The position numbers were made by a program, and so were the translations under genes. Shown here piece by piece: positions 34,491 through 42,550 of a stretch of 64,000 nt of DNA. The DNA lies in NCBI GenBank assembly GCA_964511025.1, contig CAZEDK010000001.1:24191-88190 (forward strand), in the 5' to 3' direction. Below the pieces are notes generated by a model that worked only from the letters and a program-made list of their open reading frames with translations, was not told the DNA's origin and did not search any database. The DNA comes from an uncultured Candidatus Peribacteria bacterium (GTDB lineage Bacteria; Patescibacteriota; Gracilibacteria; UBA1369; GWF2-33-10). Numbering within the stretch: the first letter of the stretch is position 1; each line of letters begins with the position of its first letter.

Positions 34491-37340
34491 ATGATCCACA
34501 CCCTTTCCACCTTCCCAAAAGATCCAAACATTGATTATAAAGGAATCGGTTTACTTAATGACGCTCAAGAATTTCTCAAAATCAAAACTATTTCAGAAAT
34601 AAGAGCTGTTAAGAAGTTTTATCTCGAAGGTGTGAATGATGAAGAACTTTTGAAATTAAAAGATAAATTACTGGTTGAAGAAGTTTGGCAAGATTTCACG
34701 GTTGATAAAGATTTTTATAACAATCATCCAAATAAAATTGAAGTAGCTTTCAGAAAAGGCATGATGAACCCTGAGGTTCGAAGTCTTCTTGAAACCGCAC
34801 ATGAATTAGGTGTAACAAATTTACAAGCTGCAGATACATGCTGGGTCTACTATTTCTTTGGAAAAAATATAGATCAGAAAGAAATAGATAGCGTGATCAA
34901 TAAACTTGTAATGAATTCAACTACTGAAGAGATCAGAAAAGAGAATCCAGTAACACTTATAATTGAAGGATCAGAACACGAAATTGAAATTGTAAAAGTA
35001 AGAGAAATGAGTGATGAAGAACTTATGAAACTTTCAAAAAACACATTGTTTTTGACGCTCGATGAAATGCATACGATACAGAATTTCTTCAAGAATTTAG
35101 GTCGAGATCCATATGACTGTGAACTTGAAGTTTTGGCACAAAGCTGGTCAGAACACTGCGGACATAAGACTTTCAAAGCCAAACTTACAATCGACGGAAA
35201 AGAAGTTGAACCTCTATATCGAAGGCTCAAAAATGCGACGAAAGAAATCAATCACCCAAATGTAGTTTCAGCTTTCGTGGATAATTCCGGAGTGTGGAAA
35301 TTTGATGATAATTATGGAATATGTGGGAAAGTTGAGACTCACAATTCTCCTTCTGCTCTAGATCCATTTGGTGGAGCTGCAACAGGTAGCGGTGGAGTTT
35401 TCAGAGACATTGTTGGAACTGGTAAAGGAGCGAAAACAATTGCTTCAACTGATATATTTTGTGTAGGACAACCTGATATGGATGAATCTAAAATTCCAGA
35501 AGGATGCAAACATCCAAGATTTATTTTAAAAGGTTTGGTACGAGGTGTTTCCTCTTATGGGAATCCAATGGGTATTCCTACAACCAATGGCTCAGTACAT
35601 TTCCACGAAGATTTCAGATGCAAACCTACTGTAATTGTTGGAGCTTATGGATTAATAAAATTAGATAGAGCACAAAAAGGAGAAGCACAGGCTGGAAATT
35701 TGATCATGACTCTTGGTGGGAAAACAGGTCGTGATGGAATTCATGGCGCTACTTTTTCAAGCGCTGAAATGACAGGTGAAACATCTACAGTCAATTCTAC
35801 AGCAGTTCAAATTGGAGATCCGATTCAAGAAAAAAAAGTTTTTGATGCGATTTTGGATTTATCTGATCAGAATTTGATTAACGCAATTACAGATTGCGGG
35901 GCTGGAGGATTCTCATCAGCAATTGGTGAAATGGGAGCTATCACTGGAGTTGATGTTGAAATTTCAAAAGCTCCTCTCAAGTATAATGGACTTGCTCCAT
36001 GGGAAATCTGGCTTTCTGAGAGTCAAGAAAGAATGATCATTGCTGTTGATGGAAATAATTTAGATAAAATTCAAAAAGTTCTAGACAAACACTCCGTTGA
36101 AGGAGTTGTTTTGGGTAAATGTACCGAAGATGCTCAGTTAAAAATTACTTATAAAGGCAAAACTCTCGTTGATCTTCCAATGGAATTTGTTCATGAAGGA
36201 CTTAGTCAATTGAATCTTGAAGCGCATTTTGAAAAATCGAATTTTCCAGATCCGAGCGAAAATGAACTTATAAAAGAAAACTATACAGAAAGTTTACACA
36301 AAGTTTTGTCTCACCCGAATGTGTGCAGCAAAGAACCAATAATTGTAAGATATGATCACAATGTTCAGGGTACGGAAGTTCAGATGCCAATTTGTGGAAA
36401 CAAACATATTGGAGTCAATAATTCCAGCGTCCTTGAGCCTATTTTGGGTCATGGCAAGGGAATGATTATTTCTCATGGTTTAAATCCAATTTTAAATCGT
36501 ATTGATCCATATTTAGGTTCAAAATGGGCAATTTTTGAAGCTGTTTCCAACGCAATTTGCCAAGGAGCAAATCCCGAAAACACAGCTCTTATCGATAATT
36601 TCATTTGGCCAAAACCTGATAGTAAATTCATCGCTGACTTAAGTTTATCGATTGATGCCTGCTGTGATGTTTCAAAAATTTTCAAAATGCCATTTATATC
36701 TGGCAAAGACAGTCTGAGCTCGACATACAGAAAAGGTGATTTGACCGTTCATATTCCACCTGTGCTTTGTATTTCAACATTTGGGGTGGTGGATGATATT
36801 ACTAAAACAATTTCATCTCCATTCAAGAAAGCAGGGAATAAAATTTTATTAATTGGCGAGACAAAAGCTGAAATGGGAGGATCAATTTATTATGATATTA
36901 ATGGATACATTGGATCAAAAGTCCCAGATATCAATACTCAAATAGCATTAAAAACGTACAAAGCAATTTACAAAGCAATTCAGGAAGGTTTGATTAAATC
37001 TTGCCAAGATGTGAGTGAAGGAGGATTAGCGACAGCTGTGACTGAAATGTGTTTTGGATTTGATCTATGTGCTGAAATTGAATTAAATAAACTCTCAGTT
37101 CTCAGTTCTCAGTTCTCAGTTCTATTCTCAGAGAGTCCCGCCAGATTCATTTGCGAGGTAGAGACAAAAGATCTTTTGTCTCTAAAAGAAATTTTTGGAG
37201 ACATAGCTGTGAATATTATTGGTGAAATAAATAATTCAGATGAAATCGTTTTCAAAAGTAATGATGAAATTTTAATTCAAGATAAACGAGCAAATTTCAA
37301 AAAATCATGGCAACAACCAATGAGGAAGGTGTTTGGATAA
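34491..37340 (+). CDS. purL: Phosphoribosylformylglycinamidine synthase subunit PurL, with an N-terminal extension resembling PurS
   Basis: 949 aa. WSEHCGHKTF, ETHNSPSALDPFGGAATG and GKDSLS are PurL signatures. The extra about 200 N-terminal residues are discussed in the findings. Confidence 0.93.
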   Translation: MIHTLSTFPKDPNIDYKGIGLLNDAQEFLKIKTISEIRAVKKFYLEGVNDEELLKLKDKLLVEEVWQDFTVDKDFYNNHPNKIEVAFRKGMMNPEVRSLLETAHELGVTNLQAADTCWVYYFFGKNIDQKEIDSVINKLVMNSTTEEIRKENPVTLIIEGSEHEIEIVKVREMSDEELMKLSKNTLFLTLDEMHTIQNFFKNLGRDPYDCELEVLAQSWSEHCGHKTFKAKLTIDGKEVEPLYRRLKNATKEINHPNVVSAFVDNSGVWKFDDNYGICGKVETHNSPSALDPFGGAATGSGGVFRDIVGTGKGAKTIASTDIFCVGQPDMDESKIPEGCKHPRFILKGLVRGVSSYGNPMGIPTTNGSVHFHEDFRCKPTVIVGAYGLIKLDRAQKGEAQAGNLIMTLGGKTGRDGIHGATFSSAEMTGETSTVNSTAVQIGDPIQEKKVFDAILDLSDQNLINAITDCGAGGFSSAIGEMGAITGVDVEISKAPLKYNGLAPWEIWLSESQERMIIAVDGNNLDKIQKVLDKHSVEGVVLGKCTEDAQLKITYKGKTLVDLPMEFVHEGLSQLNLEAHFEKSNFPDPSENELIKENYTESLHKVLSHPNVCSKEPIIVRYDHNVQGTEVQMPICGNKHIGVNNSSVLEPILGHGKGMIISHGLNPILNRIDPYLGSKWAIFEAVSNAICQGANPENTALIDNFIWPKPDSKFIADLSLSIDACCDVSKIFKMPFISGKDSLSSTYRKGDLTVHIPPVLCISTFGVVDDITKTISSPFKKAGNKILLIGETKAEMGGSIYYDINGYIGSKVPDINTQIALKTYKAIYKAIQEGLIKSCQDVSEGGLATAVTEMCFGFDLCAEIELNKLSVLSSQFSVLFSESPARFICEVETKDLLSLKEIFGDIAVNIIGEINNSDEIVFKSNDEILIQDKRANFKKSWQQPMRKVFG
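37092..37133 (+). repeat. Heptanucleotide array (CTCAGTT x4-5) inserted in frame near the purL 3' end
   Basis: ctctcagttctcagttctcagttctcagttctattctcag encodes LSVLSSQFSVLFS. It belongs to the same unit family as 16954-17157 and 61651-61702. Confidence 0.85.
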
Positions 37341-37348
37341 AAAAATCT

Positions 37349-37377
37349 TTGACTGCAGAAAAACAATGATCTATACT
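37349..37377 (+). promoter_or_regulatory. Promoter of vapBC, with an adjacent 12-bp palindrome
   Basis: TTGACT (37349-37354), 17 nt, TATACT (37372-37377), followed by the perfect palindrome TGATATATATCA (37379-37390). Confidence 0.5.
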
Positions 37378-37404
37378 GTGATATATATCATCTAAAATAA
37401 TATC

Positions 37405-37632
37405 ATGGAAACTGCAAAAATATTTACAAATGGAAGAAGCCAAGCCGTAAGACTTCCAAAAGCATTTAGGTTTGACGGTGAGGAGGTTTTTATTAGTAAG
37501 ATAAAAGATATGGTCATTTTGACTCCAAAAACAAATAAATGGGATAAGATGAGAGAAAGTTTGGGTCAATTTTCAGATGATTTTATGATAGAAAGGAATC
37601 AACCTGAGCAGCAAATTAGAGAAAATTTATAA
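37405..37632 (+). CDS. vapB: VapB antitoxin (AbrB/SpoVT fold)
   Basis: METAKIFTNGRSQAVRLPKAFRFDGEEVFISK is the typical AbrB-type VapB N-terminus. Confidence 0.85.
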   Translation: METAKIFTNGRSQAVRLPKAFRFDGEEVFISKIKDMVILTPKTNKWDKMRESLGQFSDDFMIERNQPEQQIRENL

Positions 37633-37643
37633 ATTTAAGGATT

Positions 37644-38042
37644 ATGGAATATTTACTTGATACTAATATTTGTGTTTACTTAATAAATAAAAAAAACTAT
37701 AAACTTATTGATAAATTTGAAAGCGTAGATACAGAAAATATAAATATTTCAGCTATTACAGTGAGTGAATTAGAATATGGAATAGCAAAAAGTGAGTATC
37801 CAAATAAAAATCGTTTGGCATTAAATACATTTTTAACTCCACTAAATATTCTACCTTACGCTAATCATGTAGCTATATTGTACGGTGAAATAAGAGCATA
37901 TTTAGAAAAAAGAGGACAAGTAATAGGACCTTTGGATATGCTAATAGGGGCTCATTGCCTTTCGCTAAATCTTACTCTTGTCACAAACAACGAAAAAGAA
38001 TTTAACCGTATACCGAATTTGAGGGTTGAGAATTGGATTTGA
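37644..38042 (+). CDS. vapC: VapC PIN-domain ribonuclease toxin
   Basis: MEYLLDTNICVYL (first acidic PIN residue), SAITVSELEYG, and LTLVTNNEKEF near the C-terminus. Confidence 0.9.
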   Translation: MEYLLDTNICVYLINKKNYKLIDKFESVDTENINISAITVSELEYGIAKSEYPNKNRLALNTFLTPLNILPYANHVAILYGEIRAYLEKRGQVIGPLDMLIGAHCLSLNLTLVTNNEKEFNRIPNLRVENWI

Positions 38043-38048
38043 AATAAA

Positions 38049-38101
38049 AAATTTTAAAAATCATGGCAAGAGCTTATGAAAAAGGTGTTTGGATAAAAAA
38101 A
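38049..38101 (+). repeat. Duplicate of the purL 3' tail (direct repeat of 37293-37346)
   Basis: AAAAATCATGGCAA…AAGGTGTTTGGATAAAAAAAT is shared between the two sites. The copy still reads KSWQELMKKVFG-stop, against KSWQQPMRKVFG-stop at the true purL end. Confidence 0.75.
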
Positions 38102-38161
38102 TATTGTATAAAAGCTAAAATGTGGCTATTATATAGTTAGCATATATTTATCACACATAAA

Positions 38162-38431
38162 ATGACTACACAACTATCAATCAAAACAGATCCAAGGATT
38201 AAACAAGCCGCATCAAAACGGGCTGAATATGAAGGGATGACGCTAACCGCAATAGTAAATGTTTTTTTACGAGAGTATGCACATGGTAAATTTCAATTAA
38301 GTTTTATGAATATTGAAAATCAGCAACTATCAAAAGAATCTATTATGGAGTTTGATGAGATTTTTAAAAGTAAAAAAATTGTATCAAAGGCAAATCAAAT
38401 ATCACAGTATCTAAATAATCATAAATTGTAA
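38162..38431 (+). CDS. Putative antitoxin-like small protein (possible RHH)
   Basis: 89 aa. TTQLSIKTDPRIKQAASKRAEYEGMTLTAIVNVFLREY looks like an RHH/antitoxin. Its stop overlaps a downstream ATG (TAATG). Confidence 0.5.
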   Translation: MTTQLSIKTDPRIKQAASKRAEYEGMTLTAIVNVFLREYAHGKFQLSFMNIENQQLSKESIMEFDEIFKSKKIVSKANQISQYLNNHKL

Positions 38432-38686
38432 TGTTAATTTTAACTGAGTTTTTTCAAAAATATGAGTTAAATAAAGTTTCTAAATATTTTGACATAAAAG
38501 ATATTCAAATTCAAAGAAAATTATTTCATCCCAATCATTATTAGGCTGAAAAAAGATAAACTTATCGGTGAGAATTTATCTTTGAATAACAAATTGGCAG
38601 AAGCAAAAATCATATATAATCTCGAAATGATATTTGAAGATTTAAAAAATGATAAATATAGAAAACTACCTTTATAAAATTCCGTT
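38431..38686 (+). pseudogene. Possible degraded toxin partner (short ORF interrupted by a stop or frameshift)
   Basis: The ATG overlaps the antitoxin stop. It reads MLILTEFFQKYELNKVSKYFDIKDIQIQRKLFHPNHY-stop. A second frame then continues LKKDKLIGENLSLNNKLAEAKIIYNLEMIFEDLKNDKYRKLPL. No family was recognised. Confidence 0.25.
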
Positions 38687-38687
38687 A

Positions 38688-38847
38688 GGGTCTTGGCAAA
38701 AAATAAGATACCTAAATTGTGCTAGATTTTGTTTTAGATTCTTTTGTTCAAATACAGGAGTTTATCGAGATAAATGACTGAATTTGCAACAAAGAAGATA
38801 ACGCTAAAGATAGTGCAAGGTAGGTGTTTTATTTTTTGCCAAGACCC
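38688..38847. mobile_element. MITE-like element, family 1, copy 2 (inverted relative to copy 1)
   Basis: Flanked by TTA (38685-38687) and TTA (38848-38850). 156 of 160 positions are identical to the reverse complement of 8294-8453. Confidence 0.78.
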
Positions 38848-38852
38848 TTAGA

Positions 38853-38925
38853 CCTGACTCTTGTCACAAACAACGAAAAAGAATTTAACCGTATACCGAA
38901 TTTGAAAGTTGAGAATTGGGTTTAA
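38853..38925 (+). pseudogene. 3' fragment of a second vapC gene
   Basis: CCTGACTCTTGTCACAAACAACGAAAAAGAATTTAACCGTATACCGAATTTGAAAGTTGAGAATTGGGTTTAA is about 90% identical to vapC 37971-38042 and includes the stop. Only the last about 24 codons are present. Confidence 0.7.
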
Positions 38926-39596
38926 ATCTCTTTTGCTATTTTATGTAAACTTGCAATTATGTCAGCCTCAGTGGCATCTGCAGGAAGTATTTTATATCCA
39001 GAATTTTCTTTCGCGTATTGTTCATCTTTAACAGCTAACTGACTATCATCTCCAAAATTTTTTGCTTCATATAGATTACCATCCGTATCAAGTATACAAG
39101 AAAAACAATCTCCTGCATCTCCCCTATTCAAATCTGTACATTCTTCAGACAAATTAAATGGAAAACATTGAATAGCAAAAATCGTTGCTGTAGTTCCTAC
39201 ATTTGCCTGTCTTTCTGTTAGACCATCGTGCCTTGTCAGTTTATAGTCTTTATCATCAATTTTTATCAGTTTAAAAGGTTCTCCACATCTTACAACGCAT
39301 TCTAATCCTGTCAATTTTGCTACTAATTCTTTATCTATTTGAAATAGAGGCTCAAACTGTTTCACAAGACGTCTGTCTTTTAACCTTGCAGCAATATCTT
39401 CTCTTCCATTTCTACTAAACAATTCAGCGTAACCTTCCCTTAATTCTTTCGTTATAGGAGCTTGACGATTTTTTAACTCACAATATTTAGCTTCAAGCCA
39501 AGCTCTTGCTTTTCTAGCATCGCCATGAGCCTCTTTATCTAAAAATTCTTGAAAAGCTTCTGGAGATTGAAATTGTTGTAAAGACTGTTTAACCAT
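38922..39596 (-). CDS. Orphan Cys-containing 224-aa protein (function unknown)
   Basis: ATG start and a clean ORF on the strand opposite to the pur operon. Cys pairs at CVVRC and DCFSC. No recognisable motif. Confidence 0.6.
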   Translation of the reverse strand: MVKQSLQQFQSPEAFQEFLDKEAHGDARKARAWLEAKYCELKNRQAPITKELREGYAELFSRNGREDIAARLKDRRLVKQFEPLFQIDKELVAKLTGLECVVRCGEPFKLIKIDDKDYKLTRHDGLTERQANVGTTATIFAIQCFPFNLSEECTDLNRGDAGDCFSCILDTDGNLYEAKNFGDDSQLAVKDEQYAKENSGYKILPADATEADIIASLHKIAKEI

Positions 39597-39744
39597 AAAT
39601 TTATTAATTTAGCAAATAAATAACACATATAGCATAACATCTCTCTCTCTCTGTCAACATTAATCCAAATTTATGTTGTAATATCGTTTCCACCATCAAT
39701 CTAAATCTTTTATAATAATAGCGAGACTCACACAAAATTTGCTA

Positions 39745-39770
39745 AAAACTAAAGACTAACAACTAAAAAC
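39745..39770. repeat. Short heptanucleotide array (reverse complement of TTAGTTG/TTAGTCT/TTAGTTT) just upstream of purQ
   Basis: aaaaactaaagactaacaactaaaaac. Same unit family as 33584-33624, in the opposite orientation. Confidence 0.7.
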
Positions 39771-39777
39771 TTCCCCC

Positions 39778-40548
39778 ATGCCCCCAAAAGTCGGAATAAT
39801 ATTTACGGAAGGAAACAATCGAGATCAGGAAAGCTCTTATGCATTTGAAACTGCTGGAGCTGCAACTGAGCTTGTTTACTTGAATGAACTTAAAAACAAA
39901 GAAAAGAAATTAGACGATTATCAGATTTTGTTTTTACCTGGTGGGTTTACTTACGGGGACGATTTATTCTCAGCAAAAATTTGGGCTGCGAAATTAATGG
40001 CTTATTGCGAAGATCAATTAGCTAAATTTATTAACTCTGACAAACTTATAATTGGAGTGTGTAATGGATTTCAATGTTTGGTTCGACTTGGACTTCTCCC
40101 TTACGGCAATCTTGGAAAAATCGAAGCAACACTGACAAATAACGCTTCAGGACATTTCGAAGGAAGATGGATCAATGCAAAAATTGAAAAATCAAATTGT
40201 ATATTTACAAAAGGAATGGAAGGCAAGATATTAAGACTTCCTACATCTCACTGCGAAGGCAGATTTCTAGCACCTGAAATAGATTTGGAAAAAATAGAAA
40301 AATCAAATCAGGTTGTTATGCGTTATGTAGATGAAAATGGGAATCCAACACAAAATTATCCGCAAAATCCCAATGGATCAACGAATGCCATAACCGGTAT
40401 ATGTTCGCCAAATGGAAAAGTTTTTGGACTGATGCCTCATCCTGAATGCAATACAAAATGGAATCATTTTCCTAATTGGAATAATAAAAATGAAAGAGGA
40501 GGAGAAGCTTTGGAAATATTTCAAAATGCAGTCAGTTATTTTAAATAA
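39778..40548 (+). CDS. purQ: Phosphoribosylformylglycinamidine synthase glutaminase subunit PurQ
   Basis: LPGGFTYGDD, GVCNGFQ (nucleophile Cys) and MPHPE are class I amidotransferase and PurQ signatures. Confidence 0.93.
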   Translation: MPPKVGIIFTEGNNRDQESSYAFETAGAATELVYLNELKNKEKKLDDYQILFLPGGFTYGDDLFSAKIWAAKLMAYCEDQLAKFINSDKLIIGVCNGFQCLVRLGLLPYGNLGKIEATLTNNASGHFEGRWINAKIEKSNCIFTKGMEGKILRLPTSHCEGRFLAPEIDLEKIEKSNQVVMRYVDENGNPTQNYPQNPNGSTNAITGICSPNGKVFGLMPHPECNTKWNHFPNWNNKNERGGEALEIFQNAVSYFK

Positions 40549-41120
40549 TGAAGTTTACAATTGCAATTCTTGCCTCGGGAGGTGGAACTGATGCTCCATC
40601 AATTATTGAAATGTGTAAGCAAGAAAATATACATGTTGCATGTATTTTCAGCAATAAACCAAAGAATGGCGCTCTAGAAAAAGCAAAATTTTATAATATT
40701 GAAGGCGTTTATCTCGATGCAAAAGGTAAAACAAGAGAACAATATGACAAAGAAACTGTGAAAATTTTACAAGATAGAAATGTAGACCTAGTATGTTTAG
40801 TTGGATATATGCGAATTCTTAGTCCGTACTTTGTTCGTCAATTCCCAAATAAAATTTTAAATGTGCACCCGTCACTAATCCCAAAATATATAGGCATGAT
40901 GGGAGATGATATTCACAAAAAAGTAATAGAAAATGGAGATAAAGAAACTGGCATGACAATTCATATAGTAGATGAAGATGTTGATACTGGTGAAATCATC
41001 TGTCAAAAATCTGTTAAGGTTGGCAAGGCTGAAACAGTAGAATCATTGAGAAAAAAAGTTCAGGATTTAGAGAAAAAATGGTATCCGGAAGTAGTGAAGG
41101 ATTTTTTCAGGGTGTTTTGA
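40548..41120 (+). CDS. purN: Phosphoribosylglycinamide formyltransferase PurN
   Basis: ILASGGGT, LNVHPSLIP, and GMTIHIVDEDVDTGEII. The start overlaps the purQ stop (TAATG). Confidence 0.92.
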   Translation: MKFTIAILASGGGTDAPSIIEMCKQENIHVACIFSNKPKNGALEKAKFYNIEGVYLDAKGKTREQYDKETVKILQDRNVDLVCLVGYMRILSPYFVRQFPNKILNVHPSLIPKYIGMMGDDIHKKVIENGDKETGMTIHIVDEDVDTGEIICQKSVKVGKAETVESLRKKVQDLEKKWYPEVVKDFFRVF

Positions 41121-41172
41121 CGTTGAGACTGTAGATTATCATTAAGATTCAAAGAACTTGCAGTAACTTCAC

Positions 41173-41216
41173 ATATTAGTGTATACTGTACTCATGAGTA
41201 CAGTATACACTAATAT
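41173..41216. promoter_or_regulatory. 44-bp perfect palindrome centred on the probable AbiEi start codon (candidate operator or RNA hairpin)
   Basis: ATATTAGTGTATACTGTACTCA|TGAGTACAGTATACACTAATAT, checked base by base. The centre lies between 41194 and 41195, and the ATG is at 41194-41196. Confidence 0.6.
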
Positions 41217-41763
41217 AACAGGAAAAAGAATTGCCATTCTTGCCAAAATGAACGAAGAAATTTTTCACATTCATGATCTTGCTTTATTATGGAGAATTAA
41301 AGATAAAAACCTAGTTCACACTACCCTCAAAAGATATTGCAAATACGGAATTATAAATCGTATTTACAAAGGCTTTTATTCACTTAAAAAAACTATAGAT
41401 CTTGATCCTTATTTGCTTGGGATAAAAGCCATACACAATTATGCATACATAAGTACGGAAACTATACTCGTAAAAGAGGGCATAATTAGTCAAATCATAC
41501 CAAAGATAACTTTAATAAGCTCTAAATCCACAAAATTTCAAATAGGATCAAACAACTATGCAAGCAGGCAATTAAAAGATATTTTTTTATATAATTCAAC
41601 AGGTATTGAAGAAAAAAATGGGATACAAATAGCTACAAAAGAAAGAGCAATCGCAGATCTTTTATATTTCAACCCAAGAGCATATTTAGATACTCGAGAT
41701 CTAATAAACTGGAAAAAAGTTAAATCCATTCAAAAAGAAATAGGCTACACTTCAAATCTTTAA
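41194..41763 (+). CDS. AbiEi-family type IV antitoxin (transcriptional regulator)
   Basis: Sits immediately upstream of an AbiEii toxin gene. The winged-helix-like N-terminus and size (about 190 aa) fit AbiEi. The start is GTG 41179 (track) or ATG 41194. Confidence 0.75.
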   Translation: MSTVYTNITGKRIAILAKMNEEIFHIHDLALLWRIKDKNLVHTTLKRYCKYGIINRIYKGFYSLKKTIDLDPYLLGIKAIHNYAYISTETILVKEGIISQIIPKITLISSKSTKFQIGSNNYASRQLKDIFLYNSTGIEEKNGIQIATKERAIADLLYFNPRAYLDTRDLINWKKVKSIQKEIGYTSNL

Positions 41764-41778
41764 ATTTTATAAATACTT

Positions 41779-42528
41779 ATGATTACACCAAATCCACACG
41801 ATGCAATACACAAAGCTTGGCTCTATAGATTACTTATTAACCTAAATGAAAATGAAATTATAAATAGAATGTATGCTTTCAAAGGGGGAACCTGTGCAGC
41901 TATGAGAGGTTTACTAAATAGGTTCTCAGTCGATTTGGATTTTGAAATAATAGAATTTATGACAGAAATAGAAATGCTAACTTTTCGTAAGGAATTAGAA
42001 AAAATCTTCAACAAACTAAACTTAAAAATCAAAGATCAAAGCAAAACAGTACCACAATACTTTTTAAAATATGAAAACAAAGAAAATCAACGAAATACAA
42101 TTAAATTAGATTTCATACCAAAAACTGCTAAATCAAATGAGTATGAGTTAGTAAGATTCCATGAAATAGATAGAATAATAAATTGTTATACTATTGAAAC
42201 AATGTTTGCAAACAAGCTAGTAGCTATAATTGATAGATATGAAAAACACAAAATAATTGCAGGGCGAGATCTTTACGATATCCATTATTTTTTTATTCAA
42301 GGTTTTAAGTTTAACGAGCGAATAATAAAAGAAAGAACCAAATTAAATACAGTAAAATTTTTTCAAAAATTAATAAGTTTCGTAGAAAAACAAATAACTC
42401 AAACTATAATAACCCAAGATTTAAGCTATCTCATTGAAGCAAAGGAATTCCAAAAAATAAGAAAAACTCTCAAAGAAGAAACCTTGATGTTTTTAAAAGA
42501 TCAACTTATCCTACAATCATCCAAATAA
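41779..42528 (+). CDS. AbiEii/AbiGii-family nucleotidyltransferase toxin
   Basis: FKGGTCAAMRGLLNRFSVDLDFE is the nucleotidyltransferase motif of AbiEii (GG…S.D.DF). 249 aa. Confidence 0.88.
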   Translation: MITPNPHDAIHKAWLYRLLINLNENEIINRMYAFKGGTCAAMRGLLNRFSVDLDFEIIEFMTEIEMLTFRKELEKIFNKLNLKIKDQSKTVPQYFLKYENKENQRNTIKLDFIPKTAKSNEYELVRFHEIDRIINCYTIETMFANKLVAIIDRYEKHKIIAGRDLYDIHYFFIQGFKFNERIIKERTKLNTVKFFQKLISFVEKQITQTIITQDLSYLIEAKEFQKIRKTLKEETLMFLKDQLILQSSK

Positions 42529-42550
42529 TATATACTAAATACTTTAAAAA

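Noticed and set aside
37134-37150. CCCGCCAGA immediately after the purL heptamer array, identical to the first 9 nt of the GC-rich core in the coaW insertion.
   Set aside because: Here it encodes the conserved PurL residues SPAR (of the FSESPAR block), and the rest of the 24-nt core is absent. It is most likely coincidence, or at best microhomology.
39641-39652. (CT)6 dinucleotide tract upstream of the 224-aa orphan gene, as a possible phase-variation switch.
   Set aside because: Six units is short for efficient slippage, and the tract lies outside any recognisable promoter spacer. It is noted only in the orphan-gene finding.
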